From: the human T2T-CHM13v2.0 reference genome, Homo sapiens
NCBI RefSeq assembly: GCF_009914755.1
Contig: NC_060947.1
DNA: 64,000 nucleotides
Direction: 5' to 3' (one strand)
In this document: in pieces, positions 1 to 17,440 of the stretch
Position numbering within the stretch: position 1 is the first letter of the stretch
How the letters are laid out: every line of letters starts with the position of its first letter
Position numbers and translations under genes: made by a program
Notes under the pieces: generated by a model
Seen by the model: only the letters and a program-made list of their open reading frames with translations
The model's database searches: none
What the model was told of the DNA's origin: nothing

Positions 1-117
1 TCTAGTGGGGAGGGGGAGCTGCCTACCACTGCTGAGTGGGAGGATGGGGATGGAAGTCCAGAATCCCCAGTCAGTCTCCACTGACGACATTCCAGCAGAG
101 GAGGGAATGCTGCCATG

Positions 118-655
118 GGTTATCTAAAACGACACCCATTTTTTATCTCACAGTTCTGTAGGTCAAAAGTCCCGATAGGCTCAACTGGATTCTTTGTTCA
201 CTCAAGGTCTCACAGGCCAATATCAAGATGTGAATAGGCTAGACTTTTATCTGGCGGCTTGGAAGAATAACCCACTTCCAAATTCACTCAGGTTGTTGGC
301 ACAATCCAGCACCTTGCGGCCGTAGGTCTGAGGTCTCCATTTCTTTCCTGGCTGCCAGCCAAGGTCTACTCTCTGCTCCTATAGGCTGCCCATTTCCTTC
401 TTACATGACCCCTCCCTCTTCAAAGCAGCAAGTCCTCCTCTGACTTTCTCTTCTGCCACTAGACAGGAGAAAGTTCTCTGCTCTTAAGGACTCATGTTAG
501 GCCCACCTGGATCACCTCCCTGTTTAAAGATCAATTGTGCCATATAACATAACAAAATCACTGGAGTGATAGCTCATCACATGTAGAAGTTGTGGGGACT
601 TAAGAGTAGAATCTTGAGGACCATTGCTAGAAATTGTGCCTATCTCACTACCACC
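118..655 (-). mobile_element. MLT1 (MLT1E-like) ERVL-MaLR LTR
   Basis: ATCTCACAGTTCTGTAGGTCA, CTCAGGTTGTTGGCACAATCCAG and AAGGACTCATG..GGCCCACCTGGAT motifs typical of reverse MLT1E. Confidence 0.65.
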
Positions 656-719
656 AGGTATAGAGTGGGATGGAGAATCACTGAGTACAGAAGTTCCGCA
701 ATTAGAATGTATTAATTCT

Positions 720-1018
<299 letters not shown>

Positions 1019-2435
1019 AGAATGTATTAATTCTAATGGACTTAAATCAAGCACTGTTTACATAGCACTATGTTCTTTGTGTATTTGTAGTAAACTTTTA
1101 CAATAATTTCCAGCATGATTGTGTTTACTTACATATTCACTAATATAGCTATTAATACTTTATCCATAAAGCTACTTTAGAAATAAGATGAAAATATTTT
1201 CTAATTGAAGTCACCAGCTACCAATTCATGTTCTTGAGAAAAGAAACTAGAATTAAAAACATGGTACTGCCCTATCGGTACCATTGTGCAAAATGAATGC
1301 CCAAGCTTTAGATCAAGCAGCAGAATCACCTGAACTTTTTAAAAGATTCTAAGGCTTCTATCCCTACTCCTGCCCCCAAAACAAAATTCTGATGACGTAG
1401 TGCACCTGGAGCAGGACCAGGTTAGAGACACACTGACATGGAGTCGCTGTGGGAGCCCCAAGCTTAACAAGTTTAAATATCCAGTAATGATCACGGTGAT
1501 ATCTCAGATGGTTTAGATTTTGATCTGGTAGAAAGCTAAGGGTTAAAACACATGATCTTAAAGTCCCTTTCCAAGCTAAGATTCGATAATCTTGCCATTA
1601 AGAAAATAAGATTCCATTATGCATAATCACCACGATCAACTCAGTCAGGCGATTAAAACTCACTGAGGTCACAGCTCTCCCTGAGTCACAAGACCGCCCC
1701 CCTCCACCACATTTTCTGCACTACAACAGTTACAAAGCCTGAAGAAACCACCAAATGATGTGGGTTCTTATTGGTAACACACTTGTACTTAATTACTCCA
1801 GACCCTACTTGGAATAACATTTCTCACAACAGAATCTAACAGGTTCCAGTTGTTAGTTTTAGAAATTGTTTTTCTGAAAGAAAACTGTATGTTTAAAGTT
1901 TCAAGAATAATTTGAGCTGGAATTGGTTGGTTTTGAGGGCCCCGTGGATGGGGAACAATTGGATAGTCACACATCTTGATTATTTACCACTGATAGAAAA
2001 GACAGTCAAACTCCTAGAAAGCATAGCCTGCTGAACACTGCAAAACAACGTGTGCTTACAAATTAATAATAACGAAATATTTTCCCTAATTGCCTTAATT
2101 TCAGAATTTGTAGGAAAAAACAACACAAGCCCATAAATCCAGGCAAAGGTTGTTCTTTTGAGTTGAAAGGGCCAACTTTTGAAGAGAATTATTTAAAATG
2201 CAGACAGAAATAAGTTAAATACCATGATTCCACCTGAATGGACACTTGGGGAAGGCATAATACAGCAGACAATAATGGTGAGGAGCACAGTCCTGTCAGG
2301 ACAATTCAGACACCCAGATAATGCTGCCCGCTTGAGCTCAGGTTGCAGAGCTGGTTGGCCTAGATTCTAATGCTCTCTTTGCTCCTCACTAGTTTGTGTG
2401 ACTGTGAGTATGGCTTTTAACACTGATATGCCTCA

Positions 2436-2850
<415 letters not shown>

Positions 2851-3296
2851 TTAGTCACTGTACACAGACAGACATGGGTAGATTATACATACAATGCCAG
2901 GCAGCCAGTAAGCCTTGAATAGAATGCAGCCATTATTACTCCATAAAGTAACACAGCCATCAGGGCCAAAAAGCTAACTGTAGGTTCATTTAGCACATTC
3001 TAACAGTTGCTGGATGAATTCAGCCAGAAACTTCTCAAGTGGCATTTTAATCCAGAACATCTTTACAGAATATCTTTGTAGAACAATGTTTAAAGCACAG
3101 AATTCCCAAAGGCAGGTCATAGGAGCTAAAACTATCATCCTCTAGAAGTTACATTTGTGACAATATTCCATTCAGTCCATCTCATTTGAGTTTATATCCT
3201 CTGGTGCCTAACACACAGCAGATGCCCACATGCCCAAGGACACCAGGACTAAATGTTGTGAGCAAGATGAGGCTCTGCACATTATAATACATACCT

Positions 3297-3650
<354 letters not shown>

Positions 3651-4680
3651 CACCCAGAAAAATTACTGCTACCTTGTGAAGAGAGACAAACATCTTGAAA
3701 ACAATCATCCATATAATTCACAAAATTAATGGCCCTTGAGTTTAAAGTTTAAAGAAAAGTGAAATATGATTAAAGAGGTCCATGTCAGGGTCTTTGAATG
3801 TAGAACAGTAACCTGAAAATCTCTACTTTATGACACTTGTTGAAGTAGATTTGTGATCCCTTCATAAATCAAGAAGAACAAAGTAACTGTGAGCTTTATC
3901 TTGGAGTGGTACAATTAGGCAAAATACTGGCCTTTCGCCTCATGGATCAAAAAAGAACAGCCACATTCACCAACCACTTTAAACAAATATCAAAATGGGC
4001 TCTAAATGTGCCAAAGAGAGATCTAAAACACCTAGCAAATGAAAGCTGAGGCCACGGCAAGTGAGCTGAGAATGGTTATGCTCAGCACACATAGGACATG
4101 CAAGCTGCAAGTGTACACACTTCACCCATCAACAATTGGGCAGGCAGAGGGGAAAATGTACTTTTGCCGAACACATACAAAAACAGGCAGAGAAAACAGC
4201 TTACTTCCTCACAGACAGAGTCAGATAAATTTAAAGATCAACAAGCATATTCTTTTAACCCCTATCATAGCTTCCTGCCTTCCACATGTCTATCTGTGAG
4301 CTACAAAATGTTGAGGGCCTGTGTCCTGTTGAACTTTATCAAATGTCCCCTAACAGACAAATGTCCCCTAAAAGAGCAGGCAGACACATGCACATCAGCC
4401 CGAGCTATAGTTTCAAGGCTTTTTTTCTTTTAAAATTCATTTGAAAATGAATAGCTGTGGGTCCCTTCCAGGAGAACTCAGAAGAAAAGGCTGCTTATAC
4501 ATGCTTTGCTTGACTAAAGAACAATGTTGTCTGGATCTGAGGGTAAGGTTTTAAAAGGAAGATACTGGTAGTTAAATCCAACATGGGAAAATTAACCCCT
4601 GTGAAAGAGTCCACATCTACCTGAAATAGGTGACTGGCTTTCTGTTTTAGGTAGCAGTCTGAGGTCCCAGAAGTGCAGTC

Positions 4681-4828
4681 TTTTTTTTTTTTTTTTTTTT
4701 TTTTTTTCATTAAATGACTTTAAGATATCATCCTAGTTTTTCCTATTATTGTACCCCATATTATGGTCTGTCATGGTCTGTTAAACAAAAAAACAAACAA
4801 ACAAACAAACAAACAAACAAACAAAAAA
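4681..4828. repeat. T27 tract and (AAAC)n microsatellite
   Basis: Poly-T 4681-4707; AAAC repeats ~4783-4828. Confidence 0.9.
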
Positions 4829-5290
4829 CCCAAAACTTAGAAACTAGGCAAAAAAGATGATCATGTGACCTTTTAATGTCATGCTATTGCATTTTTAATA
4901 AACACTCCCCCCCATCCCCCGCCAGGAGGGTCACCTGACTCTGAAAATGTAACTTGATTTAACTAACACTACTAGGATATTTTACAATCCTATAAAAGTC
5001 AGAAGATAATGTAGAAAAATGATAAGGTATGCTGTTTTCTCTTTTTTCTTTTCTGGTAGAGATGATAACCCCAAAGGTAAAGATTTTATTGTTCTCTAAG
5101 ACATGAACCAGTTTTGAACCTAACTTAGCAATCTTATTTGAACATTCCTTTTTCCACTGAGGTTTTTTTTTTTTCCACTGAGTTCCTCATATCCTCACTG
5201 AGCTTGTTTTGTTATTCTGCTAGTTCCCTCATTAAATAAGTTCAACGAAACTTTGACACATGTTCTTTGTATGTTTTTAACAATATAATA

Positions 5291-5707
<417 letters not shown>

Positions 5708-6366
5708 TCAGTCTTTGTCAGTTCCTGGGGCCCAATAATCAAATCATCACTGGGAGATTGGGTTCTGTGCATCAGGACGCCTCACCAGTTATATTCATAG
5801 GTGGCTACATTATGACAAGATTCAGGCTGATTAGCTAAATTGACTAGTGTGGCGCAAATGAGGCTTCAGGCACAGGTATGGCACCTCCTCCCCTCACCCA
5901 ATGGAAGCCACAACTTTACACAGAGAAAAATCTACAGGTTGAAAGTCAGTGACAGCAGCAATTCCACTCTTACATGTGTGCATATGCAAGAGCAATTAGT
6001 GCTAATGTCCATAAGACAACATACAAGAATGTTCAGAGCCTCTATCAATAAAATCCTCAAACTGGAAACAACCCAAATATCCATCAACAAAATATTAAAC
6101 AAATTATGGGATATTCATCATAATGGGATACTACACAGCAAGAACAAAGTACCGATGTACGCAAAAACATTTTGTTGTGCACCAGTCATATATAAAAGAA
6201 CATATATTGTATGACTCCATTTATACAAAATTCTAGTACAGGCAAAACTAATGTATGATGATCAATTTCCTAGGGGGAGAGGAATCATTGGGAAAAGGCT
6301 TGGTGGAACTGTCTGTTCTTTTTTTTTTTTTCTTTAATGAAAGCAAATTTATTAAGAAAGTAAAGG

Positions 6367-6725
<359 letters not shown>

Positions 6726-6778
6726 TTATGGTTATTTCTGGATTATATGCCAAACAAGGGGTGGATTATTCATGAGCT

Positions 6779-6808
6779 TTCCAAGAAAGGGGTGGGCAAT
6801 TCCCGGAA
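6779..6808. promoter_or_regulatory. Tandem GAS (STAT) motifs in MER41B
   Basis: TTCCAAGAA 6779-6787 and TTCCCGGAA 6800-6808, both TTCN3GAA, 21 bp apart. Confidence 0.6.
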
Positions 6809-7374
6809 CTGCGAGTTCCTCCCCTTTTTAGACAGTATAGGGTAACTTCCTGTCATTACCATGGCATCTGTCAACTGTCATGGCACCGTTGGGAGTGTAG
6901 CAGTGAGGATGACCAGAGGTCACTCTCATCACCATCTTGTTTTTGGTGGGTTTTAGCCGGCTTCTTTACTGCAACCTGTTTTATCAGCAAGGTCTTTATG
7001 ATCTGTATCTCGTGCTGACCTCCTATCTCGTCCTGTGACTTAGAATGCCTAACTGTCTAGGAATGCAGCCCAGTAGGTCTCAGCCTTATTTTACCTAACC
7101 CCTATTCAAGATGCAGTTGCTCTGGTTCCAACGACTCTGACATTTCCCCCTTCCTTTTTATAGGCATGCTGGAACTTTCTAGAGGGATAGAAATAGCATT
7201 GATCTGGGTGGTGGTTATAGAGGTACGCACTTACGTAGAAACAAAAAAAAAAAAATCATCAAGCCATAGACATATGACTTATGCATTTTACTCTACATAA
7301 ATTTCACCTTAAAAATGAATACTTTTGTAAAGGGGAGGGATAAAGAAAAATGTATTCCAAAATAAGTGGGTGGG

Positions 7375-8734
<1,360 letters not shown>

Positions 8735-10016
8735 CTACCCAATTCCATCTGGGGACACATTATTCTTACACTACATAGGACATGCATAAAGCCACTTTCA
8801 AAAGTGCACACCTATGCCAATATGATTACTATTACTTAAAGATGCATTTTCAGCTTTTAGAATTCTCTACAGAGTCCTGGTTATTGTTTAACTCCACTGC
8901 AACCACCTACTGAATTTTCAATAATAGGCCTAAAACATTTCCAGTGGGTGAAGACTTGAAAATAGACTCAGCCATCTGAAAGAATAGAAGTTTCTTTTTC
9001 TGCCAAATGTGACAGCTACAAGTAGCGCAGCCCCAGCCACTCCTGCTACATCCTTTCTGCCCTAGGTAGAGCAAGCATCTCTCAAGAGCATGTCTTCCCC
9101 TCCCTGGAAGTGCTCCGGCTGAAACTAGAGGACACCTGAGCAGGTGAGCGCAGGGCAATTCAGGCCCAGAGGAGAGGACCCATTCCCTCACCCAGTGACC
9201 AGCACTGTGGCACACTCACTGAGGGGCTGGCCACTGTGCTAAACAATTTCCAGCATTCTCTGGTTTAATCCTCTGAACAGGCCGATGAGGTAGTCGGGTT
9301 CTCAAAAGGAAACAGATGGCCCACTCGAATTAGGGTAATCTCAAGTGGGATTAATACTCTTTCACAGGGTGGGTGAGGTATAAAGAAAGCCCAAGGTGGT
9401 AGCCAGGGACTCGAAACAAGGAAGCCCCCAGACCTGAAGGAATGAGGAGAGAGGGGTAAGGAGGAAGGTGAGCCTGACTGGAGCAGCCACCCATCCCATG
9501 AGAGACACGGCCAGCCCAAAATCCACATGAGCAGGGAGTTGGTGGGATAACCGCCTCCCCCCGCCCCCCAATCTCACTCGCATCCCTCCCTGCCATCTCC
9601 CACCAGGGCTTCCCTTGAGCCAAAGCCCATGGGAAGCCACAGGACAGGAGCCTGCTGCCATGCCCACACTGGCCTAGCCCAAAGCAGAGCAGGTGGGGCA
9701 ATGCGGAGACCTTCTGGTCAAGACATCACCTCCATTTCACAGCAAGGAGTCCTCTCCGAGCAGGGGGAGGGTCAGGTTCCAGCTCTCGCGTGGGCAGTTC
9801 CTACACTGCATTTCCCTGCCCTGGTTCCCTCCACAGTCACTGACAGCGCGCCAGCCCTATGCTATGAGCAAATTCCATAGGCTTTCTCAGTGCCTTCCAA
9901 CTCAGTTCTCTGAATCTGTAGATTTGTGGTTTAAAATCAGGTGACACTAGGCCAACAAGACACATTAAAGGTGTTCAAAATACGACCTACCCTCAAAACT
10001 GGAGCTGATGCTGCAG

Positions 10017-10670
10017 TCCCTTCTCCTTCCCAGGCTCCTCCTCTCTCTTTCCCATGGTCCTCCTCTCCTTCCCACGGTCCTCCTCTCCTTCCCACAGTCC
10101 TCCCTCCTTCCCAGGGCCCTCCTCCCTCTTTCCCACAGTCCTTCTTGCCTTCCCACATTCTTCCTTCCTTCCCAGGGTCCCCCTACCTCTTTCCCATGGT
10201 CTTTCTCCCCTTCCCACAGTCCTCCTTGCCTTCCCACATTCTTCCTTCCTTCCCAGGGTCCCCCTACCTCTTTCCCATGGTCTTTCTCCCCTTCCCACAG
10301 TCCTCCTTCCTTCCCAGGGTCCTCCTCTGTCTTTCCCACAGTCTTCCGCCCCTTCCCACAGTCCTCCTTCCTTCCCAGGGTCCTCCTCCCTCTTTCCCAC
10401 AGTCCTCCTCACCTTCCCAAAGTACTCCTTCCTTCCCAGGGTCCTCCTCTCTCTTTCCCATGATCCTTCTCCCCTTCCCACAGTCCTCCTTCCTAGGGTC
10501 CTCCTCCCTCTTTCCCACCATCCACCTCGCCTTTCCACAGTCCTCCTTCCTTCCCAGGGCCCTCCTCTCTCTTCCCCACAGTCCTGCTCACTTTCCCACA
10601 ATCTTGCTATCCTTCCCCACAGTCTTCCCTCCTTCCCAGGGTCTTCTCTCTTTCCCACAGTCCCCTTCTG
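10017..10670. repeat. Degenerate pyrimidine-rich minisatellite (~19-22 bp units) with an exact 81-bp higher-order duplication
   Basis: Units such as CTTCCCACAGTCCTCCT / CTTCCCAGGGTCCTCCT / TTTCCCATGGTC; the block starting at 10145 recurs at 10226. Confidence 0.92.
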
Positions 10671-11646
10671 TCATTCCTTCTTCCTTCATCTTCACTCTAA
10701 CCACTGCCCCTTTTATCTGGAAAAACCCTCTTTCCACACTAGAATGCAGCTCAACTTCAGGGATGCTCCTTTCCTAAAACTGGGGTCTTTGTTGGGATAT
10801 GCAAAAGAACTCCCATTCACACCTCAACAGAGTCTGTGGTGGCCCAGATGCAGCACTTTCCCACTCTTAAAATGGGAGCGAGCGGCTGGATTCAAGTGTA
10901 GTACAGTGGGGGGAAAGCCTATATTCCTACAACTCCAGAAAGCAATGTTTAGCAGCATGTTCCCTACAAAACTCTCCCCAGCCTTCTCACACCAAAGAGA
11001 AAAGAAAACAGAAATGCTAGCAGGATCACCCTGAGACAAGATCCTAAAGAAAGATTTAAATAGGTTCCTATTCATTTTCGACTCTGAAAGGGTAGTGACT
11101 GGAAGTCCAGTGTCCATCACACATTTTTCATCAACAACTCCTTGTCATAAAAAACCCCTCCCACCCAGCCCTCAGGGCTCCTTTGGCGGGGGTCACCTGC
11201 TTCTCTGGGCCCAAGGTTCCCCATACTACCTGCCTCCCTGTATCCAAGGCACAGTCCTCTTAAGTATTATCTGGTAACACGGAGACTACAGCAGGGGACC
11301 TGGGGACTTCTGCATGCAGGTCTTCCCACTGAGGACAACCCATTCTTCTGAGAACAATCCATTCTTCTCCAGTATGAGATAGAAAGTTTATGGCAAGGGG
11401 ACTTCTAGACCTAGTTAATATTTCCCATGAGGAATAGCCTCCAGGTGATCTTTTTCTACCCAACAATTCAAAGTACTACTTACAACTGTGTGGTAATTTA
11501 TTAATATGAATGAGTTACATTTTTATAATTAACCTGTAGATGACTTCTCCAAAAGGCATAATTTTCAAAACATTACTGAAGAAGTAAGTCTTGTTTAATG
11601 CTTCATGGACATAAAGGGGTAAAGGAAAATAATATTGCTCCTATCA

Positions 11647-11962
<316 letters not shown>

Positions 11963-11977
11963 AAAAAGGCAATATGA

Positions 11978-12814
<837 letters not shown>

Positions 12815-13036
12815 TGATACACAGTGGAAAGAGATCATCCTGAGCCTCAAAAAAGCAATTTCAAAACAAGTATCCCAGATACCAAGGGCAAAACTATACA
12901 TGCTTCTCTTGATATCACAGAGGAGGGCAAGCCATTCCCTAAGAGAGTTCATGCAATTCATCCTCAAGCGCCCCCATAGACTTTGGTCAGCAGAGCCCAC
13001 ACAGGAGACAGGAAAAGGGTTTTGCTTTGTACTCAC

Positions 13037-13194
13037 TCTTACAAAGTTGTCAGGGAACAAACCTCTCCTGCCGTTGATCTGTCCCTCCCACCAGCCTCCA
13101 TCCTCCTTCCTGATGTTGGTGATGATTTCACCCACGCTGATCGTCAGCTCATCATCGTGCTGGGCCTGGTAGTCAAACTCCACTATGGCCTCCA
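13037..13194 (-). CDS. SH3KBP1: SH3KBP1/CIN85 internal coding exon (exon 2 of the long isoform), first SH3 domain (SH3A)
   Basis: Translates to (V)[52 protein letters not shown], the CIN85 N-terminus with SH3 hallmarks (DY..Q..DEL, GWW, GLFP.NFV). Acceptor ...CTGTTTTCCCTGTTCCTTCCAG|TG (AG at 13196-13195); donor AGA|GTGAGT (13036-13031). The 158 nt plus an upstream ATG-G gives 54 codons in frame. Confidence 0.97.
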
Positions 13195-13231
13195 CTGGAA
13201 GGAACAGGGAAAACAGAGTAATTTAGGTCAG
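13195..13231 (-). promoter_or_regulatory. 3' splice site, polypyrimidine tract and likely branch point
   Basis: Minus strand reads CTGACCTAAATTACTCTGTTTTCCCTGTTCCTTCCAG; CTGAC (13231-13227) fits the yUnAy consensus ~33 nt upstream of the exon. Confidence 0.75.
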
Positions 13232-13642
13232 ATGTTGGAGAAGGCTGAGGTCCAGTATCCCTTGAAGGCCAGTAAAGTAACATTAAAGGGACTTCCCCTC
13301 TACAAATATTCAAAATAACAGGGCCACACACAGTAACCCAATTTTGGTTAACCTGAAGCCTATAGCACAGAAACCACAAAGTGCTGGTCCGTGGTCAGGC
13401 ACAGGCAGGGTGGCCTACAGGTCTTGGGGCCAGCAGGCGCTTCAGAGGGGAAGCTGCATGATGACAGCCAGATAACAACATTTGCCCCACCCAGAGGGTG
13501 TCCAGCATTGTCTCCCCGAGCTCAGAGTACAGACAACAGATGTCGGTTTGACTTCTGGGTCTCCCATCCCCCGCCAATACTATGTGATGCTAACCTCTCT
13601 GGGTCTCAGTTGTACAAAATGTCAAAGCTAATAATCCCCATC

Positions 13643-14017
13643 TGATATGGTTTGGCTGTGTCCCCACCCAAATCTCACCTTGAATTGTAGTTCCCATAAT
13701 CCCCAAGTGTTGTAGGAGGGACCCAGTGGGAGGTAATTGAACTATGAGGGCAGTTACTCTCATGCTTTTCTTGTGATAGTGAGTGAGTTCTCATGAGATC
13801 TGATGGTTTTATAAGGGACTTTTCCCCCTTTTGTTTGGCATTTCTCCTTCCTGCCACCATGTGAAGAAGGATGTGTTTGCTTTCCCTTCTGTCATGATTG
13901 TTAAGTTTCCTGAGGCCTCCCCAGCCATACTGAACTGAGTCAATTAAACCTCTTTCCTTTATAAATTACCCAATCTTGGGTATGTCTTTATTAGCAGCAC
14001 AAGAACAGACTAATACA
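13643..14017 (+). mobile_element. THE1 (THE1C-like) solo LTR
   Basis: TGATATGGTTTGGCTGTGTCCCCACCCAAATCTCA...GAACAGACTAATACA; perfect 5-bp TSD CCATC at 13638-13642 and 14018-14022. Confidence 0.95.
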
Positions 14018-14371
14018 CCATCCGACAGAGGTAACACCCATCTTGCAGCAACAACACGTGTAAAGACAGGTGGCATAGAGGGCCTGGCTGGCCAAGCCAA
14101 TGTCTCAGACCGCCTACATCAGAACCACAACTGCCCTCTCAACAGATGAGCTCTTACGCATCAATTCCATGTTACATTGTTTTCCTGATCTATGAAAATC
14201 TCTCATACTTGGTAATGAGCAAAGGCAACAGGTAAGAAAGGTGGGTCTTCTCACTGACAAAGTGCCAATGCAAATTAGCAGCATTAACCAATCCAAAAAT
14301 TAGTTAACTTATGCAATTCATTTAGACTGGACTTCTCCTCATGACCACCTCAATATGAACCAATTTCATAA

Positions 14372-14686
<315 letters not shown>

Positions 14687-14825
14687 TGAATGAATGAATG
14701 GCAAATGAATGAATACAAGGATAGCAAAAATTAGATAAATCCCCAGTGGTAAATTAGCAATTCAGAAATTATGATAAAATAATGGAAGAGGAAAAGTTAA
14801 ATGAGCTCTGTAAAGCATGCATATG

Positions 14826-14970
14826 CTAAAATTAACTCAAAATAGTTCACAGACCTAAGTGTAAGAGCTAAAATTGTAAAACTTTTTATAAGAATGGATA
14901 GGAGAAAATCTTAATGACCTTAGGTTTGGCAAAGATTTCTTAAATAGGAGACAAAAAGCACAAATGAGTA

Positions 14971-15012
<42 letters not shown>
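14826..15012 (+). mobile_element. L1M ORF2-region fragment followed by (CAA)n
   Basis: AAAATTAACTCAAAAT..AGACCTAA.TGTAAGAGCTAAA..TAGGAGAAAATCTT..GGCAAAGATTTCTTAA; CAA repeat ~14972-15012. Confidence 0.75.
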
Positions 15013-15265
15013 ACCAACTTCAATACACTGAGATAGGTTTTAAGCATCCATTGAGATGATGGGAGAAAAAAATTACAATGTCTATTCATTTTGTTTTAAC
15101 TTTAAAAAAGTAATAATTCAACTTCTCTATTGTTCCATTGACAGAATGACACAGGTTCCTTCACCCAGTCTCCAGGACACACAGTCAGGGATCCTTTAAG
15201 GGGCAGGAAGCAGCCAGAGGGACAGTGGAATCAAGGAGTACCACCAGAGCAAGCACCAGCATTCC

Positions 15266-15347
15266 ATGTGATGCTAACTTCTCTAGGTCTCAGTTGTATG
15301 TCAAAGCTAATAATTCCCATCTGATATGGTTTGACTGTGTCCCCACC
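15266..15347 (+). repeat. Dispersed direct copy of 13582-13668 (flank plus THE1 5' end)
   Basis: 4 substitutions and one 5-bp gap over ~87 bp. Confidence 0.93.
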
Positions 15348-15518
15348 ATGGGGTGCCCTGCAGTTCTCTGGTGCCTCCTGGTACAGCCTCCTTATGGCTA
15401 TGACCCCTTCTTGCTGAAATCACCCTCACAAAGTGGGTCAGCTGCTTGAAAAGATCTGTGTAAAGAAAGTAGGAGCTGTAGACAACACGAGGCCAAGTGC
15501 CAAGAAAATGGGAGAGCT

Positions 15519-15915
<397 letters not shown>

Positions 15916-16225
15916 TCAGATCTTACGGGGAGATGGCCCCCAAACACTCAGTTATCAAGATCATTCATAATATGGGTTTCTTTCCACCCCTGACATTGGT
16001 GTAAGTGTGGAACCATCAGGATTAGCAAGATATTTTAAAACTATGTACCTGAACCATGAAGAAAATGTCTTCATTTTTCCACCAATGTCTAAAGTCATAC
16101 AATACTCAATTTTATGTGTTTCAAAAGTTTGTTAAGCCTAATAATAACAGCGTAGGAGCTTCTCTGGGGTTTTCTTGATCTTCAATTAGTACAGGAATAT
16201 ATGTACACAATCTATACATAATTAA

Positions 16226-16546
<321 letters not shown>

Positions 16547-17147
16547 TAAACTTAAGTAATCATGCACAGCCTCCTTGCCTTCTGGCCACAGCTAGGTCCT
16601 GACTGCCTCCACATCACCTTCCAAGCTCTTCTAGACCCAAGGCCTCTCTGGCCCCTGCCACTGAGGCAATCCCAAGCTGTGTCTTGTCTTCCCTGTGAGC
16701 CCCTGAATGCCTTCTGGGTATGGATCACCCTTAGTTCTGCTGGGGCCCCTATAAGCATCCATGACATGCAGTAGGTGCTCAATAAAGACTTGATCAACTG
16801 ACCACTCAGCTTGCATTTTATGATGATAGACCGTTCCCAGCCCAACAAAGGTGCTACTAAAATGTCAAGTGTCAATCACATTTTGCAAATTGAGTCATAT
16901 TCTTCCGTGCACTAAGGGAGCTTGCTATTTAAAAGATCCTGTGGTTAATTCTTTTGTAACATGAATAATTACTTCCTGCTTTACCTTTCCTGTCAAGATG
17001 AATTTTTTTTACATATCAGGTTTCTCTAAGAAGAGGAAACCTGTGGCTTTGTTAAGAGCTCATAAATCATGAGGATATGTCTCTCCTACCCACTCTAAGG
17101 GCTCTTTCCAGTGCCCTCTGCAAGCCTTTGAAAGGTTTAGAACTTTG

Positions 17148-17440
17148 ATGTCCAATACAGTGTCACTGCAAATGTGGCTAATGACTACTTGGAATGTGGC
17201 TAGTCTGAACTGACGTGTGCCATAAGATACATCCCAAGTTCCAAAGACTTGTTTAGAAAAAAATAATGTGAAATAGCTCATTATTTTCACATCAATTGCA
17301 TGTTGAAGTGATGTTTTAGATCTGTTGGGTTAAATAAATATATTATACAAATTAATTTTACCTTTTTAAAATTTTATTAATGTGACTACTAGAACATTTA
17401 AAATGACATGTGGCTTGTATCACGTCTCTATAGAACAGAA
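17148..17440. mobile_element. MER33-like hAT-Charlie DNA transposon
   Basis: TGTCCAATA..ATGTGGCTA..TTGGAATGTGGCTAGTCTGAACTGA and TTGGGTTAAATAAATATATTAT..ATTAATTTTACC. Confidence 0.7.

Noticed and set aside
9937-11034. Long overlapping ORFs (278, 326 and 221 aa) on both strands
   Set aside because: They arise from a stop-poor minisatellite that is open in most frames; the P/S/F/L or G/E/R bias and 27-aa repeat just mirror the DNA repeat.
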